64,000 nucleotides of DNA from a virus, in IMG/VR virus record IMGVR_UViG_3300025093_000018, positions 1-64,000 of that record. One strand, given 5' to 3'. Shown piece after piece: positions 50,626-57,383 of this stretch; position 1 is the first letter of the stretch; each line of letters begins with the position of its first letter. The translations under genes and the position numbers were made by a program. The notes beneath the pieces were generated by a model. It saw nothing but the letters and a program-made list of their open reading frames with translations. It had not been told where the DNA came from and searched no databases.

Positions 50626-52890
50626 TTATTTATAAGGTAATAGATTACTCTTTTTTACTGAGTTTGTTTTAAATTCTGGTAATGTATAAGCATTTCCAGT
50701 CTTTAAATAATCTTGTAACTGGGTAAACTTCTCTTTAATCTTGGTATCTTTTAAATATACTTCTCTAGCTTTAGGCCAATATCTAGCCTTTTCAAACTCT
50801 TCTTCAGTTCCTTCAAACATTAATCCCCTGATCTGTCCATCTATCCAATTCTCTTTAAACTGCTCTTTACCATCTCCCTCTCCATAATCTTCCTTAGACA
50901 TTTCCCAATCACGCTCAAAATCTCCTTTATGTTTTTCCAAGAAAGCATCCTCAAATTCTTTTCTATGTTTTTTGTACACTTTATCACTAGTCATACCATG
51001 CATCATATCTAACATGATAGACTGCTCGTTGTTAGTTTTAGGGTCATAGACTATACCATGAGTACCAGGTTTAGGGTGATCATATGAATATCCACTATAA
51101 TAAGTTACTTTTTCTCGTCCTTCTTTAGGACTGAAATACTCTATACTACCAACACCAGTCTTATCTCTTGTGAACTCTGGGTCAGATTTTATAGTAACTT
51201 CACCCATGTTTTTAAATGCTGGATATTTATTATAGATGTTATCAAGCATTACCCCACCTTGTTGATACTTCAATAACACTCCTCCATTCCTTTTTGATTG
51301 TATTGATACAGCTCCAGATACTCCCACCAAAGGTGTTGTAGTGTAAACAGCATTTAAAAACTGTTTTAGGTCTTTTTTATCTAAATTCACTACTAAATTA
51401 GTAATATCATTTGGTAAATCTCCTCCTATTCTACTGCTAGATTTTAATTGATCAATGGCTGCATCAGATATATCCCCACCACTCCATAAGCCCTTTTCTT
51501 TTAGATAGGATAGAGCTCTAACACCTCTAACTTGTTGTTCTGGTTTTTTATTTAAATATTCTATTGTACGAATAACTTGTGGATTATCAGATTGTTGTCG
51601 TATAGTTTTAAAAGGTATCCCTTTCATACTATAGTCAATATTATACGTATTTGAGGCGTGTATAAATTCATGGTTAGCTATATTACTTAACTCCTTATTA
51701 TTAACGTTTTTATCTATACCTAACCAAACATGCGGGTTTTCATCTATAGTAGAAGAAAATCCTAACTGTCTAGTATCTACCCCGGTCATATCTTTATACG
51801 TAACTTCAGTTTTATTTAACTTATGTAAAGCTATTGCTCTAGCTCTCTTAGCATCAGCCTTACTTTCTTTGGCTACAGACATTCTACGTTTTAACCATTC
51901 ATCTGATTTTAACCAATTTTCTTGTTCTTTAAATGCTTTTTGTACTACCTCCAAATTCTTCTTACTTGGTATCACAGTAGGTGTGTTTAATAAATCTTTC
52001 TTTTTATATAATTGCTTATTTATAATATGTTGTTGTTTATCTTTTGGAGACTTTTTAACTATTTCCCAAAACTCTCTATCTTTTGATGTTAATAATTTAA
52101 TTTTATCATTTGATAATTTTAATATATCATCAACTGACTTAATATTATTAGTATTTGTATTTAAAGCGTCATATACATTTTTTACACTACCATCCTGATT
52201 ATAATGTATAGTTCTCTTTGTATCTATCTTTGCTTTACCTTCTGGGGATAAAAAAGAATTAAATATTTCCTCTTCTTTACTATAAATCGGTTTCTTTTTA
52301 GATAAATAAGGTTCTAATTTAGGGTCAAGAGTTGTTTTATTTAGTTTAGGATATATAACTGTTCCTTTATATACTTTAGGTGAAGGGGATTTTCTTAGTA
52401 ATCCTAAACCACTCTTACTTACAGGTTTAACATACTTACCAAGTTTAAGAGTATGCGCTGCTGCACCTATTTCTGGGGCTACAGCAATTACATCTAAAGC
52501 TTGATCAACACCTTCCCAATAAGGGCTCTTAGTGATAGGATTTACATAAGACATTTGAGCGTACATAGCTGAACCTGGGTTTGCGTACATAGTTAAATCT
52601 GCGGCAGTCTTCGCGGTACCTTTTGCTGTCCCTACAGGGTCATCTATAATTCTTGTCATAGAATTAAACGGTGTTATATCACCTAAAAAATTCATAACAC
52701 TATGACCTATTTGATCTAATTCTTCAGTTGTAGACTTAGATTTAACTGTAAATTCTGATAAATCAGGTGCCTGATAAACATCTGTTTTAGGGTTATACTT
52801 AGTTACGGTACCTTTTTTATAAGCTTTTTTATAATCAGAAGTTCCGTATTTAATCCCGCCACCTTTTTGGTATTTTAATAATATACCCAT
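50626..52890 (-). CDS. Multidomain putative cargo protein with zincin-like HExxH
   Basis: ANHEFIHAS...EQQVR; KYQKGG at the N-terminus and KRNGGVLLKYQQGG before the last domain. Confidence 0.6.
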   Translation of the reverse strand: MGILLKYQKGGGIKYGTSDYKKAYKKGTVTKYNPKTDVYQAPDLSEFTVKSKSTTEELDQIGHSVMNFLGDITPFNSMTRIIDDPVGTAKGTAKTAADLTMYANPGSAMYAQMSYVNPITKSPYWEGVDQALDVIAVAPEIGAAAHTLKLGKYVKPVSKSGLGLLRKSPSPKVYKGTVIYPKLNKTTLDPKLEPYLSKKKPIYSKEEEIFNSFLSPEGKAKIDTKRTIHYNQDGSVKNVYDALNTNTNNIKSVDDILKLSNDKIKLLTSKDREFWEIVKKSPKDKQQHIINKQLYKKKDLLNTPTVIPSKKNLEVVQKAFKEQENWLKSDEWLKRRMSVAKESKADAKRARAIALHKLNKTEVTYKDMTGVDTRQLGFSSTIDENPHVWLGIDKNVNNKELSNIANHEFIHASNTYNIDYSMKGIPFKTIRQQSDNPQVIRTIEYLNKKPEQQVRGVRALSYLKEKGLWSGGDISDAAIDQLKSSSRIGGDLPNDITNLVVNLDKKDLKQFLNAVYTTTPLVGVSGAVSIQSKRNGGVLLKYQQGGVMLDNIYNKYPAFKNMGEVTIKSDPEFTRDKTGVGSIEYFSPKEGREKVTYYSGYSYDHPKPGTHGIVYDPKTNNEQSIMLDMMHGMTSDKVYKKHRKEFEDAFLEKHKGDFERDWEMSKEDYGEGDGKEQFKENWIDGQIRGLMFEGTEEEFEKARYWPKAREVYLKDTKIKEKFTQLQDYLKTGNAYTLPEFKTNSVKKSNLLPYK

Positions 52891-52928
52891 ATCTAGGTAA
52901 TGTACAAAAAATTATTAAAAATATAAAG

Positions 52929-53002
52929 TACTCCCGGTAGGATTCGAACCTGGAACCGTCCCCTTAGAAGGGGGATGCTCTATCCAGTTGAGCTACGGGG
53001 CC
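52929..53002 (-). tRNA. Chimeric tRNA-Arg(TCT), probably a fusion of two tRNA genes
   Basis: Perfect D and anticodon arms (TCCCC-CTTCTAA-GGGGA) but T-stem CCAGG/CCTAC and acceptor GGCCCCG/CGGGAGT mispair. Confidence 0.75.
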
Positions 53003-53006
53003 AAAT

Positions 53007-53040
53007 AAAAAAGCCCCGGAACTTTGTAGTCCGAGGCTTC
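53007..53040 (-). terminator. Attenuator terminator of tRNA operon 2
   Basis: GAAGCCTCGGACT-ACAA-AGTTCCGGGGCTTTTTT just upstream of tRNA-Arg. Confidence 0.85.
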
Positions 53041-53064
53041 CTGTTATATATGAATTATTCTTAC

Positions 53065-53157
53065 TTACATATTTACAAATACAGATAGCCGCGGACTCCG
53101 TCTCGAATCGACAGTTCCGTTACTCTTAATGCCTGTATTTATAATTATTGCTTGCAT
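53065..53157 (-). CDS. Leader peptide 2 MQAIIINTGIKSNGTVDSRRSPRLSVFVNM
   Basis: Hand translation; contains antiterminator AGTCCGCGGCTATCTGT; preceded by near-consensus TTATATTGC. Confidence 0.78.
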   Translation of the reverse strand: MQAIIINTGIKSNGTVDSRRSPRLSVFVNM

Positions 53158-53189
53158 GTTGATTGCAATATAAATATTAAATTTTAAAC

Positions 53190-53789
53190 CTAAAAGGTCT
53201 TAGAATAATTTTTTAGCTTTTCTTTATCAGAACTTGAAAATTTAGATGAGTAGGTTAGGTTACCTTCTTCGCTCATTATATAATCCTCTGTACCACTATG
53301 GTATAAACCAAATAGATGTCCAAACTCATGTATAATAACCCTTGAACAATCCTTATTCGAATCCTGAAGACTGAGATCTACAAGGGCTACAGCCTTTAAA
53401 GTACCTATACAGTTAGTATGAGCTGCTCCTATAACATCTTCGTCACTTCTACCTGTAATATACAAACTTATATCGGCCCAATTATTAGTTAACCTTTTAA
53501 TAGAGGCTATTACAGAAAGATACGGGTTATAATCACTACCTCCATATGTAAAGGTAGAAATTTTAAAGTGGATGCCTACTTGAGCATATACATTATTAAC
53601 GTGGATCATAATCTCTTTAAGATCACTATAAGTTTTACTGGATGTGGTATCTACAAAGATATTTACGTTATAATGTTGGGTAGCTACTAACTCCTGCGCA
53701 TTAGATTTCAACACAGGATCAATTTTATATTGCCCTAGTAATGTAAAGCTGCAAACAAATAAGGCTAAAAATAATAAAAGTTTTTTCAT
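53190..53789 (-). CDS. Secreted metzincin (reprolysin/M12-like) metalloprotease
   Basis: Signal peptide; HEFGHLFGLYH plus Met-turn YIMS. Confidence 0.8.
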   Translation of the reverse strand: MKKLLLFLALFVCSFTLLGQYKIDPVLKSNAQELVATQHYNVNIFVDTTSSKTYSDLKEIMIHVNNVYAQVGIHFKISTFTYGGSDYNPYLSVIASIKRLTNNWADISLYITGRSDEDVIGAAHTNCIGTLKAVALVDLSLQDSNKDCSRVIIHEFGHLFGLYHSGTEDYIMSEEGNLTYSSKFSSSDKEKLKNYSKTF

Positions 53790-53859
53790 AATTTAAATCA
53801 TATTTACATTCTCATAGTACTAAGGTAACACTTTTTATTTGAATAAAAAAGTGTAATTG

Positions 53860-53930
53860 TTACCAGGAGAGGATTCGAACCTCTACCTTCTGGACCAAAA
53901 CCAGACGTCCTGCCATTAGACCACCCGGCA
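53860..53930 (-). tRNA. tRNA-Gln(TTG)
   Basis: TCTGG-TTTTGGT-CCAGA; U1-A72. Confidence 0.92.
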
Positions 53931-53936
53931 ATTTTG

Positions 53937-54009
53937 TGGACGAGGGCGGATTCGAACCACCGACGCTAGGCTCTTCAGGCCCACGCTCTACCAACTGAGC
54001 TACTCGTCC
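53937..54009 (-). tRNA. tRNA-Phe(GAA)
   Basis: GGACGAG/CTCGTCC; CT-GAA-GA loop. Confidence 0.93.
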
Positions 54010-54016
54010 AGTTTAG

Positions 54017-54104
54017 GGTGTACGATGGGATTCGAACCCATGACGTGTCACTAACCGTACCGGGACCACAACCCAGCGCCTTCGACCGCTTGGCTACGCA
54101 CACC
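54017..54104 (-). tRNA. tRNA-His(GTG) with G-1 and an 18-nt variable arm
   Basis: G-1:C73; TT-GTG-GT loop; variable region TACGGTTAGTGACACGTC. Confidence 0.87.
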
Positions 54105-54110
54105 ATGTAG

Positions 54111-54192
54111 TGGGACCGGGAGGACTCGAACCTCCAAGCCGTTAGGACCCGGGTTACAACCGGGGACGCTACCAATTACGCTCTACGTTCCC
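54111..54192 (-). tRNA. tRNA-Tyr(GTA)
   Basis: CCCGG-TTGTAAC-CCGGG; extended variable arm; A73. Confidence 0.88.
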
Positions 54193-54308
54193 ATATTATA
54201 TACGATCACATATAATCCCCGATATATCAGGTAATTTTATAATATTATACCCGCTATAGCATGGTTTTATATGTTTTACATATATTATACCCTAATAGGT
54301 ATAATTTG

Positions 54309-54382
54309 TGGAGCTACCGGGATTCGAACCCGGAACCTCTTCCGTGCAAAGGAAGCGCTCTTCCAGTTAGAGCTACAGCCCC
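54309..54382 (-). tRNA. tRNA-Ala(TGC)
   Basis: G3:U70; CTTCC-TTTGCAC-GGAAG. Confidence 0.93.
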
Positions 54383-54387
54383 ATATG

Positions 54388-54461
54388 TAGCGGGGGCGAG
54401 ATTCGAACTCGCGTCCTTCGGGTTATGAGCCCGACGTCCTAGACCCCTAGACCACCCCGCT
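54388..54461 (-). tRNA. tRNA-Met(CAT), initiator-like
   Basis: Three G:C pairs in the anticodon stem (TCGGG/CCCGA); A1-U72 pair. Confidence 0.88.
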
Positions 54462-54464
54462 AAG

Positions 54465-54537
54465 TCGAGTGAGCTGGATTCGAACCAGCGAATTCGTGCT
54501 CCCAAAGCACGCCCGTATAGCCTCTGCGTACCACTCG
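54465..54537 (-). tRNA. tRNA-Pro(TGG), atypical D arm
   Basis: C1-G72, A73; CGTGC-TTTGGGA-GCACG. Confidence 0.83.
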
Positions 54538-54545
54538 ATATAATA

Positions 54546-54577
54546 CAAAAAGCCCGAACTCTTTAAGAATCCGGGCT
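54546..54577 (-). terminator. Attenuator terminator of tRNA operon 3
   Basis: AGCCCGGATTCT-TAA-AGAGTTCGGGCT followed by TTTT, upstream of tRNA-Pro. Confidence 0.85.
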
Positions 54578-54604
54578 AATCAGCTTAGTATATGTATGAT
54601 CACA

Positions 54605-54682
54605 TTATAACACACTAATATCACCCAGAGAGCTAAAGGCCATCGGCTGAAAATAAAATGCGTTATGTTGTGTTTTTCTCAT
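54605..54682 (-). CDS. Leader peptide 3 MRKTQHNAFYFQPMAFSSLGDISVL
   Basis: Hand translation; codons 5-16 are Q,H,A,F,Y,P,M except one Asn; contains antiterminator TCTGGGTGATATTAGTGTGT. Confidence 0.8.
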   Translation of the reverse strand: MRKTQHNAFYFQPMAFSSLGDISVL

Positions 54683-54715
54683 TGAAGTTATTTCTTCGTT
54701 TTGTTTATCGTACTG

Positions 54716-54723
54716 CAAATATA
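54716..54723 (-). promoter_or_regulatory. Bacteroidota -7 promoter element TATATTTG
   Basis: Exact TAnnTTTG upstream of leader 3. Confidence 0.7.
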
Positions 54724-54762
54724 AATATATGTTTTTAATCTACAAGGTACTAAATAAAAATT

Positions 54763-55494
54763 TTAAATATCTGTTACATCAGGTAATGCTTTATATGTCT
54801 TCAATTCTTCTTCAGCCTTTAATCTAAGCTGTCTCTCCTTCAACCCCATAGATTTCCATTTGGCCTCACTTTGTACAGCTCTAGAGTACTCGTATTCGGC
54901 TTCATCTATTACTACAGCATAGATATTTATTGTGTCTTCATCAGATACATGGCCTAACGATTTAAGCTTTTTAGCTAAATCATTTAAAGCTTTATTTGTA
55001 AAACCACAGGGCTTGACTCTGTTACTTTTTGCATCATTAAATTCTATCTCCTTGCCTGTTTTTACCGTATAGATGTATAGTTGTCCTATCATTAACTTCT
55101 CTTCCCAGGTAAGATTCTTTGAATTAAGAAAAGCACTGGGGATCTTCATCACATCTCTATAACTACTGCTTACTCTATACTTGCCATTAGATATCTTCCC
55201 AAGGACACCGAGTTCTTCAAGATCTTTAAAAGCTCTTTTGATCGTACTAAGTGATGCTCCAGTAATTTCCGCTATCTCAGACCTATTAGGCAATGTTAAG
55301 GTATTTGATCTCGAATCATAAACACCTATTGTTTTAAGTATGGCTAGTACCATTAATTGTTTTGGATAATTAATAAAACCATCAGGTAATGTTACATACC
55401 CTCCGGTTCTTAATGTGGCTTTCATACCACCAACCCCTTTAAAGGTTACAGGACTTCCGTCGTCCTTTAGTGCATTAAACTTCTTCATTTCCAT
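54763..55494 (-). CDS. Winged-HTH protein, putative replication initiator
   Basis: RSEIAEITGASLSTIKRAFKDLEELG HTH, second NLTWEEKL module; adjacent iterons; TATATTTG (55499-55506) 4 nt before the ATG. Confidence 0.6.
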   Translation of the reverse strand: MEMKKFNALKDDGSPVTFKGVGGMKATLRTGGYVTLPDGFINYPKQLMVLAILKTIGVYDSRSNTLTLPNRSEIAEITGASLSTIKRAFKDLEELGVLGKISNGKYRVSSSYRDVMKIPSAFLNSKNLTWEEKLMIGQLYIYTVKTGKEIEFNDAKSNRVKPCGFTNKALNDLAKKLKSLGHVSDEDTINIYAVVIDEAEYEYSRAVQSEAKWKSMGLKERQLRLKAEEELKTYKALPDVTDI

Positions 55495-55539
55495 AATGCA
55501 AATATAAGGAAAATTAATGAATTAAAAAAGGTTCATTTT

Positions 55540-55765
55540 AAAAAGGGTCAGATTTCCTCACCCGTCTTTAAAGGGCTAGAGAGCTTTTAGTAGTTTTAGT
55601 ATGGTTCATTTAGGTGTTTTTCGGTAGTTTTTCGGTAAAATTTCGGAAAAAGGGTCAGATTTCCCCCAAAAAGGGTCAGATTTCCTCAATGATTTTTGGT
55701 AAAATTTTTGGGGTTAAATAGTTGAAAATAAAAACGTTAAAAAGAAAAAGGGTCAGATTTCCTCA
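55540..55765. repeat. Four 21-bp direct repeats AAAAAGGGTCAGATTTCCTCA (iteron-like)
   Basis: Copies at 55540, 55647 (ends CCCC), 55668 and 55745; interspersed TTTCGG and GGTTCATTT repeats. Confidence 0.9.
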
Positions 55766-55798
55766 TCTTTTTAACGCTATTATATATTAAGGATTATT

Positions 55799-56122
55799 TT
55801 ATTTTGAAGTACTACAAGTAACCCAAAACGGTTGATCAAGTGGTCTATATGTCCAATCAGGTCTACTTAGAATAGGGCCATGGATTGGGCACCAGGTTGA
55901 GTTCCACCAACCGCATGTACATGTTTGGGAAATATATGGTACTGGAGATGTTACCGGAGGTACGTAAACTTCCTCCTCTACCTCCTCATGTTTGTCCGTA
56001 GATTTGTCGGAAAACTTTGCTAATTTATCTTTAATCTTTTGTACTTGTTCTTCATTTAAGGTCTTAGCTCCTGATATATCAAAGAAACCATTTAACCAGA
56101 TTATAAATTCTTCGTGTGTCAT
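55799..56122 (-). CDS. Hypothetical protein
   Basis: MT.EEF..WL.GF.......L...Q...IK..L N-terminus common in phages; CTC...CP.H. Confidence 0.6.
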   Translation of the reverse strand: MTHEEFIIWLNGFFDISGAKTLNEEQVQKIKDKLAKFSDKSTDKHEEVEEEVYVPPVTSPVPYISQTCTCGWWNSTWCPIHGPILSRPDWTYRPLDQPFWVTCSTSK

Positions 56123-56298
56123 TTCTTATTAAATATTAAATTAAATTCAAACGTTGTTACAAGGAAAGTAAAACTATACGGCTTTTTACTCTTTTCATAA
56201 ATCTCTATATCATCTTCTTCATTATCATGTAATCTTTCCCAGTATTTACTATTTTCAAATATTACCTCAGGGTTATATTCATATTGTTTTTTCGTCAT
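56119..56298 (-). CDS. Small hypothetical protein (not in ORF track)
   Basis: MTKKQYEYNPE...NKK, 59 aa; ATGA overlap with the next gene. Confidence 0.5.
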   Translation of the reverse strand: MTKKQYEYNPEVIFENSKYWERLHDNEEDDIEIYEKSKKPYSFTFLVTTFEFNLIFNKK

Positions 56299-56363
56299 AT
56301 TCTTCTTATTTTGTACCCACCAACCCGCCCTTTGAGTAAAGCGGCTTCGCCGTGTTTACGATG

Positions 56364-56642
56364 TTAAATCCTATATTTATCCCATTTTGAATCAATATCG
56401 TCTTCTTGATCTGTAATTTTTATAGATCTTTGATCACGAAGTCCTTTATTAATTATTTCCTCAGGTTCATTTATAGGTTTGATAAAATCTTGCTGAATGT
56501 CGGTATTCGGTTCTGACTCTTGAGATTTGGCCGGCCCAGATTCATCATACATTTCAATATCGTCATCATCATCACTATGTAAGTCATCTAAACCACTTGA
56601 CTCTTCACCTTTATCTATGTCATCCCAATCTTTAAAATCCAT
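56364..56642 (-). CDS. Acidic disordered protein
   Basis: 92 aa; LDDLHSDDDD motif. Confidence 0.6.
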   Translation of the reverse strand: MDFKDWDDIDKGEESSGLDDLHSDDDDDIEMYDESGPAKSQESEPNTDIQQDFIKPINEPEEIINKGLRDQRSIKITDQEDDIDSKWDKYRI

Positions 56643-56644
56643 AA

Positions 56645-56917
56645 TTAATCTTTTAGTTCATATGTTATTTGTTCCAGGTGTTTAAAATCTTTTATATCCG
56701 CTAAATTAATTCTAACTAACGTGCTACAGGATGCAGCTACATTACATACTTTACCTACCTCTAAAGATACTTCAATTTCTACATAATCCACAGCCTCGTC
56801 AAAGGTGATCTTCATCTTATTTATACTGCAAATTAATTTGGTTGGGTCGTCCTCCGGACTGAAGACGAAATTCTTTGGTAAGCCATCTAAGTATTCATAT
56901 ACTTCTTCTATTGTCAT
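56645..56917 (-). CDS. Hypothetical protein
   Basis: 90 aa; first gene of the minus-strand block. Confidence 0.55.
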   Translation of the reverse strand: MTIEEVYEYLDGLPKNFVFSPEDDPTKLICSINKMKITFDEAVDYVEIEVSLEVGKVCNVAASCSTLVRINLADIKDFKHLEQITYELKD

Positions 56918-57383
56918 ATTATTCTTATCAAGTGATTTAATTTAATTATCAAATCGACTACATACCTAATATAGTGATTTATAACGAAATAACCATGGGT
57001 ATGCTAAAGTAACACTATGTATGTTATACAAGAATCTTCTCTGTTAGTTTTCTGATATACAGGTACTTATATACAAACCCCCGCCCTTTATATTAAAGAG
57101 GTACTTTATATAATAACCCCCATCGAATTATATTATAGCATGTTAGGAGGTATAAAGAGCTTGTATAGTATGTGACAAGGTGGCAGGAACGTGACAAGTT
57201 GACATAAATAAGGAAGGGGTGGGGCTAATCTTACAACCTCCCCGGCTAAGTTTCAGTGGGAAAACAATATATATTGAACTTCGATTTATATTTTGGAAAA
57301 CTCCAATCCCAAATTAAATTGCTAAATAATTAGCATTTGTTTCAACAACCCGATAACGGTGTGGGTGCTCATATACATGAGTT

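Noticed and set aside
2708-52198. Plus-strand ORFs inside the late block and nested minus-strand ORFs (5269, 12355, 15059, 18693)
   Set aside because: Shadow frames fully overlapping well-supported genes, with no recognisable motifs
52929-53002. Prophage/island att site at tRNA-Arg
   Set aside because: No integrase and no matching displaced 3' tRNA end seen in the window; internal deletion or assembly collapse explains it better
49071-54505. Track ORFs 49071-49277, 53975-54175 and 54314-54505
   Set aside because: They are translations through tRNA genes
49422-54723. T-box riboswitch control of the tRNA operons
   Set aside because: No T-box bulge (UGGNACC) or stem I motifs seen; leaders are short and contain codon-matched ORFs
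55540-55765. CRISPR mini-array
   Set aside because: Repeats are 21 bp with irregular gaps (about 86, 0 and 56 bp), not palindromic, no cas genes; an iteron fits better
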